Shown here: positions 17,863 through 27,439 of the stretch, one piece after another
How the letters are laid out: the number at the start of each line of letters is the position of its first letter
Position numbering within the stretch: the first letter of the stretch is position 1
Assembly (NCBI GenBank): GCA_038246345.1
Contig: JBBRWA010000001.1
Span: 1 to 57,063, forward strand
From: Chitinophagales bacterium
Lineage (GTDB): Bacteria; Bacteroidota; Bacteroidia; Chitinophagales; Saprospiraceae
Length of the DNA stretch: 57,063 bases
Reading direction: 5' to 3'
Translations under genes and position numbers: made by a program
Notes under the pieces: generated by a model
The model's database searches: none
What the model was told of the DNA's origin: nothing
The model's input: only the letters and a program-made list of their open reading frames with translations

Positions 17863-18492
17863 GTTTTTCAGAACCGTTACCACATGGTCTTCAATTTCAG
17901 TCCCCACCGGATGCAAATAACTACGGATCCCCAGCGCCGCTGCTGCGGCAATATTTTCCGGAACATCATCAAAAAATATAGACTCTTCGGGTAAAATCTC
18001 CGCATCGGCCAATACATACTCGTAAATGGCGGTATCGGGCTTCCGAAGCCGGATCAAATGAGAGAAGTACACCCCATCGAAAAATCGGGATTCGTAGTCA
18101 TTGATGCCGTGCGCACGGGGCATATAATCAGCGATCCAACGCTCGTGCAGGTCGTTTATATTGCTGAGCAAGAACACCTTGTATTGTTGACGGAGCCGCA
18201 GCAGCATATCGAAACGGTGGCGCGGCATGTCAATAAATATAGCGTTCCAGGCGGCGATAACATCTGATTCAGCGAGCGGAGGATAGGCTGCGGTACAAAT
18301 GCTATCGACAAACTCTGCGGTGCTGATACCGCCCGTTTCATACATTTCAAAAAGCATGGCGCGGCGAAGCTTTTCTACCGCACTGTCATAATTATCGCCA
18401 AAAAACGGGCGGAGGTTGCGCTCAATAGCAGGCAGGTCAATGTCGAAAAGCACATTCCCGAAATCGAAGATGATGTTTTTTATTACAGGCAT
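17851..18492 (-). CDS. HAD-superfamily hydrolase (subfamily IA-like)
   Basis: Motif I-like IIFDFGNVLFD, motif II LLSNIN, and motif III/IV region FFDDVPENI. The stop TAG and the last 4 codons lie in the A3 right arm. Confidence 0.75.
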   Translation of the reverse strand: MPVIKNIIFDFGNVLFDIDLPAIERNLRPFFGDNYDSAVEKLRRAMLFEMYETGGISTAEFVDSICTAAYPPLAESDVIAAWNAIFIDMPRHRFDMLLRLRQQYKVFLLSNINDLHERWIADYMPRAHGINDYESRFFDGVYFSHLIRLRKPDTAIYEYVLADAEILPEESIFFDDVPENIAAAAALGIRSYLHPVGTEIEDHVVTVLKNGGR

Positions 18493-18573
18493 ACGGGCAT
18501 GTTTGGAATTCTAATGGGGCGCAAAGTTGCGGAAAACTGACTAAAATACACACGAAACTGCCAAGTGAAAACG

Positions 18574-18581
18574 TACCTTTG
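18574..18581 (+). promoter_or_regulatory. candidate -7 box (TAnnTTTG)
   Basis: TACCTTTG lies 19 nt upstream of the ATG at 18600. This supports the internal start over 18579. Confidence 0.4.
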
Positions 18582-18599
18582 CGGCCTAAATACTCAACA

Positions 18600-19913
18600 A
18601 TGGCTCGTGTAGAACTTGTGATGCCCAAAATGGGCGAAAGCATCATGGAGGCAACCATCCTCAAATGGCGTAAACAACCAGGCGACAGCATCGAACTCGA
18701 TGAAGCGGTACTGGATATTGCTACCGACAAGGTAGACAGCGAAGTGCCCTCTCCCGTGGCTGGCACGCTGGTAGAAATTCTTTTTCAGGAAAATGAAGTG
18801 GTGGCGATCAACAAGGCCATCGCCATCATAGAAACAGAAGCGGGCAGCGCGCAGACATCTGCAACCTCCGCTGTCGCCGAAAGTCCGGCAAAAGCTACGG
18901 CCCAAGCCTCAGCGTCGAACGGCAATCAAGAATCTGCTTCCGTGCCATTTGTGCCAACACCAGGCCAACAGGCGAGCAGCAGCCTGCGTTTCTACTCGCC
19001 GTTGGTGCGTACCATCGCCAAAGAAGAAAACATCGCGCAAGCTGAATTGGATGCCCTGCCAGGCTCCGGTCAGGACGGTCGCGTGACGAAAAAAGATATA
19101 CTGGCATACCTGGCCAACCGCAGTGCGGCACCGCAGGCAAAAGCCCAACCCACACCTGCCGCCGTAAGCGCGCCGCGAAGCATGCCCGCAACTGCCGGCA
19201 GCGGCAACGTTGAAATCGTGGAAATGGATCGCATGCGCCGCCTCATCGCCGACCACATGGTAATGAGCAAGCACACCAGTCCGCACGTCACCTCTTTTGT
19301 AGAAGTCGACGTGACCAATATGGTCAACTGGCGCAACAACATAAAAGGGGCCTTCAAAAAACAGCATGGGGAAAACATCACCTTTACCCCCCTGTTTATC
19401 GAGGCTGTGGCCCGGGCCATCAAAGATTATCCATTTATCAACTCCTCGATAGACGGTACCCGCATCCTAGTAAAAAAAGACATCAACATCGGCATGGCTG
19501 CGGCATTGCCCAGCGGCAACCTGATCGTTCCGGTCATCAAAAACGCCGATTACCTCAGCCTTACCGGACTCACCAAAGTGGTGAACGACCTCGCCAACCG
19601 CGCCCGCCTCAACCAACTCAAGCCTGATGAAATTCAGGGCGGCACCTTCACGCTCACCAACGTGGGCACTTTCGGCAACCTCATGGGTACGCCGATCATC
19701 AACCAACCACAAGTGGCCATCATGGCTTTGGGCGCGATTCGCAAAAAGCCAGCTGTTTTGGAAACGGAATATGGCGACGTAATTGCCATCCGCCAAATGA
19801 TGTTCCTGTCGCTGTCGTACGATCACCGCGTGGTGGATGGTATGCTTGGTGGTTCGTTTTTGCGCCGGGTGGCCGATTATTTGGAGGCCTTTGACGGCGA
19901 ACAAACGATTTGA
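18600..19913 (+). CDS. 2-oxoacid dehydrogenase E2 component (dihydrolipoamide acyltransferase)
   Basis: Lipoyl domain with DIATDKVDSEVPSPVAG, a peripheral subunit-binding domain (SPLVRTIAKEENI) and a catalytic SYDHRVVDG. No E1 or E3 gene is adjacent. Confidence 0.85.
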   Translation: MARVELVMPKMGESIMEATILKWRKQPGDSIELDEAVLDIATDKVDSEVPSPVAGTLVEILFQENEVVAINKAIAIIETEAGSAQTSATSAVAESPAKATAQASASNGNQESASVPFVPTPGQQASSSLRFYSPLVRTIAKEENIAQAELDALPGSGQDGRVTKKDILAYLANRSAAPQAKAQPTPAAVSAPRSMPATAGSGNVEIVEMDRMRRLIADHMVMSKHTSPHVTSFVEVDVTNMVNWRNNIKGAFKKQHGENITFTPLFIEAVARAIKDYPFINSSIDGTRILVKKDINIGMAAALPSGNLIVPVIKNADYLSLTGLTKVVNDLANRARLNQLKPDEIQGGTFTLTNVGTFGNLMGTPIINQPQVAIMALGAIRKKPAVLETEYGDVIAIRQMMFLSLSYDHRVVDGMLGGSFLRRVADYLEAFDGEQTI

Positions 19914-20830
19914 AACACTATTGGATACTTCAGGGTAAACGGCTGGAAAGAAAGCTCACAGAAATTGGAATTAATCCAATTTTCGGCTACCTGCTGATGC
20001 TCCTCGGTTTTCTGTTCCTCTCCAAATATCTGTTTTACAAAACCGAATACGCTGCATGGATATACGGCGTACTGGCGCTCAGCTCCGTGCTGGGTTTGTG
20101 TGATGTCAAGCGCAATGACATGCTGCGCTCCATTTTCAGGAAAACAGCATTTTACAGTATCCGGGCTGTAGAAAACGTTGCGCTAGCCCTTCCATTTGCG
20201 CTTTATCTCTTGTATGAAGGTCGTTATGCAATGGCCCTGGGCTTGCTGCCCTTGGCGCTGCTGGCCGTTTTTGCCAATTTCCGGCAAGCCTTTTACGTCA
20301 CTATTCCCACCCCTTTCCGTAAACTCCCTTTTGAGTTTATTGTTGGCTTCCGCAAATCGCTGCTTTTTTTGCTGCTGGCTGGCTTCCTGCTGTACAAAGG
20401 CCTTGAAATCTCCAATTTCAACCTGGCGATATTTTCCCTGGGACTGGTTTTTTTGATAAGTATGTCGTTTTACCTGGAGCCAGAAGCGCTGTATTTTGTC
20501 TGGATTTACAAGCTGAATGCAACTGGTTTTCTGCGCCAGAAAATGCTGCACGCCTTGATCTGTGTTTCCATTGTAAGCTTGCCGTTTTTGCTATTTTTAA
20601 GCGTTGGTTTTCCAGATAAAATCTGGATTGTGGCCATCACGCAACTTGTCGGTTATGGCATGTTGATTGCCGTGCTACTGGCCAAGTACTCCGCATTTCC
20701 CGATACGATGAGCTTGCCCCAAGGCATCTTTTTTGCCTTGAGCCTTTGGTTTCCGCCCATGTTGCTCATCACCATCCCCATCTTTTATGTGCAATCCAAA
20801 AAACGATTAAAACCAATACTGGAATGGTGA
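19910..20830 (+). CDS. polytopic membrane protein (possible permease partner of the downstream ABC ATPase)
   Basis: 306-aa ORF with about 8 hydrophobic segments. A TTG start overlaps the E2 stop (ATTTGA). Its stop overlaps the next ATG (ATGGTGA). I recognise no family. Confidence 0.55.
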   Translation: MKHYWILQGKRLERKLTEIGINPIFGYLLMLLGFLFLSKYLFYKTEYAAWIYGVLALSSVLGLCDVKRNDMLRSIFRKTAFYSIRAVENVALALPFALYLLYEGRYAMALGLLPLALLAVFANFRQAFYVTIPTPFRKLPFEFIVGFRKSLLFLLLAGFLLYKGLEISNFNLAIFSLGLVFLISMSFYLEPEALYFVWIYKLNATGFLRQKMLHALICVSIVSLPFLLFLSVGFPDKIWIVAITQLVGYGMLIAVLLAKYSAFPDTMSLPQGIFFALSLWFPPMLLITIPIFYVQSKKRLKPILEW

Positions 20831-21501
20831 GCATTAAGGAAGTTTCGAAGGCTTATGGCAGCAAACGGGTGCTTCAACAAGTAAATCTGGAGTTACAGTC
20901 AGGGCGGGTGTACGGCATTGCTGGTGAAAACGGCGCTGGCAAAACCACGCTTTTCCGGTGCATGGCAGGTTTTGAAAGCTACGAAGGCATTATCACTTCG
21001 GAATTCGATAACCTGAAAAACCACCTCGGCTTCCTGCCGACCAACCCGGTTTTTATGTCGCATATTACCGGATGGGAATACCTCAAACTTTTATGCCTTG
21101 CCCGGAACATCCAATCGGATGATTTTGAAAGCCAGAATATATTTGAATTGCCCTTGAAAGAATACGCGGAAAACTACTCCACGGGCATGAAAAAGAAATT
21201 GGCTTTAATGGGCATCCTGCTGCAACAAAACGAGGTTTTTATCCTCGACGAGCCTTTCAACGGCGTTGATATTCACAGCAATATGATTATTGTGGCCATC
21301 ATTGAAAAGCTGAAGGCCCGGCATAAAACGGTGCTGATCTCCTCGCATATTTTTTCAACGTTGAGTGATACTTGCGATGAAATTCACCTGTTGAAAAACG
21401 GGGTGTTTGACAAGCGGGTGGAAAGGCAGGACTTTAAGGAATTGGATGCGGAGATGAAGGCGTTTTTTGTAGGGGATCGGGTGGAGAAATTGGGGTTGTG
21501 A
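20824..21501 (+). CDS. ABC transporter ATP-binding protein
   Basis: Walker A GENGAGKTT, signature-like YSTGMKKK and Walker B FILDEP. I chose the start at ATG 20824 (MVSIKEVSKAYG). Confidence 0.85.
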   Translation: MVSIKEVSKAYGSKRVLQQVNLELQSGRVYGIAGENGAGKTTLFRCMAGFESYEGIITSEFDNLKNHLGFLPTNPVFMSHITGWEYLKLLCLARNIQSDDFESQNIFELPLKEYAENYSTGMKKKLALMGILLQQNEVFILDEPFNGVDIHSNMIIVAIIEKLKARHKTVLISSHIFSTLSDTCDEIHLLKNGVFDKRVERQDFKELDAEMKAFFVGDRVEKLGL

Positions 21502-21653
21502 ATATCTGAAATTGGTTTACCCCCAAAGGATTCGCCCAGGATAATTTGTTTGTAAATCCCAAAAATGGGAAGCAACCCTAGTGGCGCGAATACCAATGAG
21601 CAATACCCAGAGGTACCATTGGTTGAAGCGTTGGGTTTCTTTAAAATTGAGGA

Positions 21654-22052
21654 TCATGTTAGTCTTTTAGCCGTTTTTAGCTCAAGTATTACCAGCAAAA
21701 TTATAACAACTAATTCGAGTATAAAATAGCCCAGCCCCCAAACGCTGAGTTTTTGATGCCAATAAAAAACCAGCCCCATTGTAAGGCAACAATATAGCAG
21801 ATTAGCAAAGGCGATAACCTTAAGATATGGCCGCCAGTTTTCCTTAATGCGCAAAAAGCATATAAAAGAGTAGATGGAAAAAACGCCGGCAATAAAAGCC
21901 AAAGGGTAAAGTACTTGCCGTGGCATTCCGAAACTGCTTTCAAATTGTACGAGGATCATGCCTAGTAGGAGCGCTGTTAGAATTGCTCCAAGGCTATCGA
22001 GCAAAAAGAGCTTCTTGGGAGGAATGTTGTTTAGAAATTGATTCAATAACAC
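21654..22052 (-). CDS. small membrane protein (4 predicted TM helices), unknown function
   Basis: 132-aa ORF with four hydrophobic stretches. I recognise no motif. Confidence 0.5.
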   Translation of the reverse strand: MLLNQFLNNIPPKKLFLLDSLGAILTALLLGMILVQFESSFGMPRQVLYPLAFIAGVFSIYSFICFLRIKENWRPYLKVIAFANLLYCCLTMGLVFYWHQKLSVWGLGYFILELVVIILLVILELKTAKRLT

Positions 22053-22207
22053 GTTTTAATTCTGTTTTTGTTTACATCTTGTTCGGGACTTATTGATTAA
22101 CAACTGCGCCGAAAGATAAGCGCAAGTAGGGAAATTTATTGCAGCACCAAAAACGCTTCGTTTTATCTCCACCATCCTTCCCTCTTCCCAAACCCAACTT
22201 TCATTCG

Positions 22208-22215
22208 TAGTTTTG
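22208..22215 (+). promoter_or_regulatory. candidate -7 box (TAnnTTTG)
   Basis: TAGTTTTG lies 32 nt upstream of the ATG at 22247. Confidence 0.35.
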
Positions 22216-22246
22216 CCCAATATACACTAAGCTGCCATAAACAACC

Positions 22247-24055
22247 ATGGACTTCCTTCGCATCTTCGACATTCTTCCCTACCAACAATCCCGCTTCCCG
22301 CAACGGGTGGCCATGGCTGGGCGCGAAAACGGCCAATGGCGTACCTGGAGCACGGAAGAATTGCTCTACGAACGGGATTGCATCAGCGCTGGCTTGATGG
22401 AACGAAACATTCACCACGGCGACTACATTGGCATATTGGCCCATGGCGGAAGCCCACAGTGGTGCATCGCCGATGCCGCCATGTTGCAGGTAGGTATTAT
22501 TCCAGTGCCCATCCACGCCACCGCCCGACCTGATGAAATAGCGCATATCGTAAAGGATGCGGGCCTGAAGGCCTGCTTCGTGGGCAGTGCGGACATGATG
22601 GCCAAAATCACTGCTGCCGGATTAGCGCCTGAACACGTTTTTTCCTTCGAAAACAAAGCGGTAAAAGCGAATGATGCCGAGCAATATTCCGGCATTCCAT
22701 GGGGTGAACTGGCCTGCGAACCCGACGAACAGCTCAGCGGCCGCATCCTATATTTCCGCGACGGCGTCCGCCCTGAAGACCTGGCCACCATCCTGTACAC
22801 CTCCGGCACCACAGGCCTGCCCAAAGGCGTCATGCTCAGCCACGCCAACATTGTGAGCAATGTAAAATCGGTACTGGCCATTGTGCCGGTAGGCCCGGAG
22901 ACTACCACCGTCAGCTTCCTGCCACTCAGCCATATTTTAGAGCGCATGGTCACTTATACTTACCAGGCCGCGGGTGTTCCTATATGGTTTGCCGATAGCA
23001 TAGATCGACTGCCCAAAACACTGCGGGAAGTGCGCCCCCACTTTTTTACGGCTGTGCCACGGGTGCTGGAGCGCACCTACGAACGCTTGCTCGAAGTACG
23101 CGACAAAAAGGGAAAGCTGAGTCGGAAAGTCATGAATTGGGCCATTGCCCTCGGGGAGCGTTTTCCCTACTCCGGCAACCAGGCCATGCCCTTCGATTAC
23201 CGCCTAAAACGCTGGCTGGCCGATATATTGGTGTACCGACAATGGCGCAAACGCATGGGCGGCCGCATCCAGTACATCGCCGTGGGCGCAGCGGCCCTGC
23301 AACCGCGTCTGGGTAGGCTGTTTTCCGCCGCAGGCGTGGATGTGCGGGAAGGCTACGGCCTCACCGAAACCAGCCCCGTCATCGCCTTCAACCGATTCGA
23401 GCCGGGTGGCGTGCATTTTGGTACCGTGGGTATTCCCGCGCCAGGCGTGGAAGTGCGCATCGCCGCTGAACAGGACGCGGAGGGCAATGGCGAAATTGAA
23501 GTGCGCGGCAGCAATGTGATGATGGGCTACCTGCATTTGCCGGAAGAAACAGCGGAGCGTTTCACGCCCGATGGCTGGTTTAAAACGGGCGACATGGGCC
23601 GTTTTGAATTCAAGCGTTTTTTGAAAATAACGGGCCGGAAAAGCGAAATTTTTAAAACCACCACGGGCAAGTTTGTTGCCCCGGCATTTGTGGAGCAGCA
23701 ATTACTCGGTTCGCCCTACGTCAGCCAGTGCATGGCCGTTGGGCTCAACCAACCCTATGTGGCGGCGCTTATAGTGCCCAATTTCAGCGCGCTGGAAACC
23801 TGGTGCCAGGACAACAAGGTGCATTGGACGGCGCCGCAATACATGATCTTGAACCCCAAAATTGAGAAATTCTACCGCCAGGAAATTGACCGCATCAATG
23901 CCGAAAAACTCGGCACTGTTGAAACCGTCCATACCTTTCAGTTGCTGCACGAAGATTGGACACCTGAAAACGGCTTGCTCACCCCAACCCTGAAAATCAG
24001 GCGGGACCGGGTCGCCGAGCGATTTTCGGAAGAGATTGGAAAGTTGTTCACGTAA
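22247..24055 (+). CDS. fadD: long-chain fatty acid--CoA ligase (AMP-dependent synthetase)
   Basis: 602-aa ORF with AMP-binding motif ILYTSGTTGLPKGVMLSH, plus GYGLTETSP and TGDMG. Confidence 0.85.
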   Translation: MDFLRIFDILPYQQSRFPQRVAMAGRENGQWRTWSTEELLYERDCISAGLMERNIHHGDYIGILAHGGSPQWCIADAAMLQVGIIPVPIHATARPDEIAHIVKDAGLKACFVGSADMMAKITAAGLAPEHVFSFENKAVKANDAEQYSGIPWGELACEPDEQLSGRILYFRDGVRPEDLATILYTSGTTGLPKGVMLSHANIVSNVKSVLAIVPVGPETTTVSFLPLSHILERMVTYTYQAAGVPIWFADSIDRLPKTLREVRPHFFTAVPRVLERTYERLLEVRDKKGKLSRKVMNWAIALGERFPYSGNQAMPFDYRLKRWLADILVYRQWRKRMGGRIQYIAVGAAALQPRLGRLFSAAGVDVREGYGLTETSPVIAFNRFEPGGVHFGTVGIPAPGVEVRIAAEQDAEGNGEIEVRGSNVMMGYLHLPEETAERFTPDGWFKTGDMGRFEFKRFLKITGRKSEIFKTTTGKFVAPAFVEQQLLGSPYVSQCMAVGLNQPYVAALIVPNFSALETWCQDNKVHWTAPQYMILNPKIEKFYRQEIDRINAEKLGTVETVHTFQLLHEDWTPENGLLTPTLKIRRDRVAERFSEEIGKLFT

Positions 24056-24139
24056 AGGCATTGAAAGACATTTACGCCTGTTATAGTCATTGCGCGCCGC
24101 GCTGAAAAACGAAATGCCCACTAGCCATTCCAGAAAACC

Positions 24140-24700
24140 TTGCATCTTTGCCCCACTTTGAAACAAGTCCCGCGACATGGCAACGGCTTTTTGTCCGTTT
24201 TTTTACTCACCCTGGTATTGGCGCAGGGCATGGGCTGGTTTTTGGCGTGGCAAGGCGTACAGTGGCAAGCCAAAATTGCCGCGCATGCAGTGCTTTTTGA
24301 GGAAAATACTGCCGTTAGTTCCGTCACCTTAACCCAAAACCATTTTCAGAAAATAAAAGTTGGAAAACGAGAGGTGCGCCTGAATGGCTACCTTTACGAC
24401 ATCCGCAGCAGCGAAGTGCGGGGCGATTCTATCTTTTTGGTACTGTACCACGACAAACACGAACAAGCCCTTTATGCCTTGCTGGGCGTTCATTTTTCCC
24501 AACTCGACGGCACCACAGATGGCAAGCCCAAGCCTATTTCAGTTTTGATCGCCCGATGGCTCGGCGCGGCTTTTTTGGCACCGGATGTTGTGACCATGCC
24601 TGTGGCTGGGGCAGATCAAAGCACGGCTACTTTTTACTGGCGTTTCCCCGATACCTTGGGGATTCGGATCCCGCCGTTTATGCCGCCGAGGAAGGTCTGA
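24140..24700 (+). CDS. hypothetical single-pass membrane protein
   Basis: 186-aa ORF with only TTG starts (24140 or 24158) ahead of a TM segment FLSVFLLTLVLAQGMGWFLAW. I recognise no family, so coding status is uncertain. Confidence 0.4.
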   Translation: MHLCPTLKQVPRHGNGFLSVFLLTLVLAQGMGWFLAWQGVQWQAKIAAHAVLFEENTAVSSVTLTQNHFQKIKVGKREVRLNGYLYDIRSSEVRGDSIFLVLYHDKHEQALYALLGVHFSQLDGTTDGKPKPISVLIARWLGAAFLAPDVVTMPVAGADQSTATFYWRFPDTLGIRIPPFMPPRKV

Positions 24701-24808
24701 AAGTGCGCAGGAAAGCGAGTTTTCTTGCCAAACCTAAGCGCTGCTTTGTAAAGTTTAGCATTAGCGGTTAGTGCGTTCCTTCATTATTAATTGAAAAGCT
24801 TACTTCCT

Positions 24809-24941
24809 CTTACCCTGGGTTGTCTTGCTGTAGGCATCTGCCCACGTCTTGTGCGCTGAAAGCACAATAGGCTGCAGCATCGCGGTATTCTTTCCACTAG
24901 TGACGTGGACAGATGCTTACAGCAAGACAACTCAGGGTAAG
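24809..24941 (+). other. long imperfect hairpin (about 39-bp stem, 53-nt loop), candidate structured RNA or palindromic element
   Basis: cttaccctgggttgtcttgctgtaggcatctg-c-ccacgtc pairs with gacgtgg-a-cagatgcttacagcaagacaactcagggtaag. Both mismatches in the 32-bp part are G-U on the + strand. There is an inner hairpin ttgtgc-gctgaaa-gcacaa. Confidence 0.6.
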
Positions 24942-25063
24942 GGGACGAAAGTTCTGAACACGCTTCTCCCTTTTTCTCACAACAACAGCGCAACATTCCA
25001 TTCTCCGCCATTTGGATTTACCCCCAATGGCCCGTTTTGTATTTTCAAAACATGATTCTTTTC

Positions 25064-27277
25064 ATGAAAAAAATATTTTCACTCAGCATATTGCTGCTGG
25101 CTGCCCTGTGGGCCGCTGCGCAAACCTCAAAAATTGACACTACCTTAAATGTGGTACCCCTCAACGAAGCCGTTATTTCTGTCAGCCGTGGCGTACAGGC
25201 CAAAAAGGGCGTGGCGCAACAAGTTAAAGTAATTCGACGCTCCGAAATTGAATTCGCCAATGCCCAATCAACGGCTGATTTGCTGTCGGGCACCGGGCAG
25301 GTGTTTGTCCAAAAAAGCCAGCAAGGCGGCGGAAGCCCGGTGCTGCGCGGCTTTGAAGCCAGTCGCGTACTGATCGTCGTGGATGGTGTGCGCATGAACA
25401 ACGCCATTTACCGCTCCGGTCACCTGCAAAATGTGATCACGATGGACAATGCCGCGCTGGATCGGGCGGAGGTGTTGTTTGGGCCAGCTTCAACGGTGTA
25501 TGGCTCGGATGCCTTGGGCGGCGCCATTTGTTTTTTTACCAAAAACCCAAATTTTGCGGCAGAAGGAGAACGCCTGAACCTGGGAGCCAACGCCTTTTTC
25601 CGTTACGGCACGGTGAACGAAGAAAAAACCGGACACCTTGATTTTAACATTGGTTGTAAAAAACTCGCTTCGTTTACGTCATTTACTGTAAGCGATTTCG
25701 GCGATTTGCGCATGGGCGAAAATGCGGGCTCGAAAGGTGTTTTTGGCCAACGCGATTTTTATGTGGAACGCATAAACGGGAAGGACTCACTGGTACGCAA
25801 CAGCGATCGGTACTTGCAAAAGTTTAGCGGGTTTAAGCAATACGATTTCTTAGAAAAAATTGTGTTCAAACAAAATGCCCGTACAAGCCACACGTTGAAT
25901 TTCCAATACAGCACTTCAACCAACATCCCCCGTTACGACCGCCTGACGGACAAAAGTGCCAGCGGCCTGGCTTCAGCAGAATGGTACTACGGCCCACAAG
26001 ACCGAATGATGGCAGCATACACCCTAAACCTGAAAAATGTGGGCATGTTCAACAGCTTAAACATCACCGCCAGCTACCAGGATATTGAGGAAAGCCGCCA
26101 CAACCGCAATTTTGGCAACAGTCGCCGTAACGATCGGGTAGAACAGGTAAAAGTGTATGGCCTGCTCGCTGAATTGGTGAAAGTATGGGAAACTCAAAGC
26201 CTGCGCATCGGCCTTGATGGGCAGTACAATGACGTTACTTCTACCGCCCAACGTGTCAACGTCAATACAGGAGAAGTGACAACTCAAAGCACCCGCTACC
26301 CCGATGGCGGTAGCGCCATGCTAAGTGCAGCAGTTTATGCTACCCATTTTTGGAAGCCGGGCAGCGACAGCAAGTGGTCGTTCAGCGAAGGACTGCGGGC
26401 TGGTTTTTCCAGCCTGAATGCCGCATTTTTGAGTCGGGAATTTTACCCCTTCTCCTTTGACAAGGTAGAACAAAGCTCCCCGACTTTCTCTGGAAACCTG
26501 GGTGCCGTTTGGAACAGCACGGAAGACTGGCGCGTGGCCATCAATGCCTCCACGGGTTTCCGGGTGCCGAATGTCGACGACCTGACCAAATTATTTGATT
26601 CCCAAAAGGGCAGCGTCGTGGTACCCAACACTGATTTGAAGCCAGAAAAAACGATGAACCTGGATTTAAGCCTGACGCACCCAATTTCTGACAACGTTCG
26701 CTGGGAAAATGTGGCCTGGATCACCGGATTCCGCGATGCCATCGTGACCGATATTTTCCACTTCAACGGGCAAGACAGCATCCTTTATGACGGTGAGTTG
26801 AGCAGGGTATTGGCCAGCCAGAACAAACGGAATGCCAATCTTTTTGGGTTCAGCAGCATCCTTGAAGCGGATGTGTACCCAAATTTGGCCATGTACGCTT
26901 CGTTGACTTATACCAAAGGACGCATTAAAGACGATGCCCGCGGCGATACTCCCCTTGATCATATTCCGCCGATGTATGGCAAATTCGGCTCCCGTTGGCA
27001 CAATACCCGTGGCTCTGTGGAAGCGTTCGTATTGTTCAACGGCAAAAAGAAACTGGAAGATTACAGCCTGGAAGGAGAGGACAACCTGCAATATGCGCCT
27101 GCGAATGGAACCGCAGCTTGGTACACCGCCAATATTCGTGGGGCCTTCAAATTCAATAAAAATCTGACCTTGCAAGCAGGCATCGACAATATTTTTGATA
27201 CCAATTACCGCGCGTTTGCGTCTGGTATCAATGCGCCTGGGAGGAATTTCTGGGTGACGGTGCGGGCAGGGTTTTAG
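25064..27277 (+). CDS. TonB-dependent receptor
   Basis: Signal peptide MKKIFSLSILLLAALWAAAQ. Plug region QQGGGSPVLRGFEASRVLIVVDGVRMNNAIYRSGHLQN. C-terminal beta-barrel ends in F. I chose the start at ATG 25064. Confidence 0.85.
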   Translation: MKKIFSLSILLLAALWAAAQTSKIDTTLNVVPLNEAVISVSRGVQAKKGVAQQVKVIRRSEIEFANAQSTADLLSGTGQVFVQKSQQGGGSPVLRGFEASRVLIVVDGVRMNNAIYRSGHLQNVITMDNAALDRAEVLFGPASTVYGSDALGGAICFFTKNPNFAAEGERLNLGANAFFRYGTVNEEKTGHLDFNIGCKKLASFTSFTVSDFGDLRMGENAGSKGVFGQRDFYVERINGKDSLVRNSDRYLQKFSGFKQYDFLEKIVFKQNARTSHTLNFQYSTSTNIPRYDRLTDKSASGLASAEWYYGPQDRMMAAYTLNLKNVGMFNSLNITASYQDIEESRHNRNFGNSRRNDRVEQVKVYGLLAELVKVWETQSLRIGLDGQYNDVTSTAQRVNVNTGEVTTQSTRYPDGGSAMLSAAVYATHFWKPGSDSKWSFSEGLRAGFSSLNAAFLSREFYPFSFDKVEQSSPTFSGNLGAVWNSTEDWRVAINASTGFRVPNVDDLTKLFDSQKGSVVVPNTDLKPEKTMNLDLSLTHPISDNVRWENVAWITGFRDAIVTDIFHFNGQDSILYDGELSRVLASQNKRNANLFGFSSILEADVYPNLAMYASLTYTKGRIKDDARGDTPLDHIPPMYGKFGSRWHNTRGSVEAFVLFNGKKKLEDYSLEGEDNLQYAPANGTAAWYTANIRGAFKFNKNLTLQAGIDNIFDTNYRAFASGINAPGRNFWVTVRAGF

Positions 27278-27439
27278 GTAACCATTCTGCATATTAGTTT
27301 CACACATTACGTTGTGCTTGCCGTCTCATTGTGTGAAATAATAGTGCCTTGAACCTACAAACCCGAATCTCTTAATAGAACTTTCCTACTTTTACGCCCT
27401 TCAAAACGACAAACCATCACCACCTAACACAATCCATTC

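Noticed and set aside
24780-25063. Cobalamin or other known riboswitch upstream of the TonB-dependent receptor
   Set aside because: I could not find the B12-box or the conserved GGTG..AAA.CC / AGGGAA core elements. The region is dominated by a single long, nearly perfect hairpin, so I kept it only as an unclassified structure.
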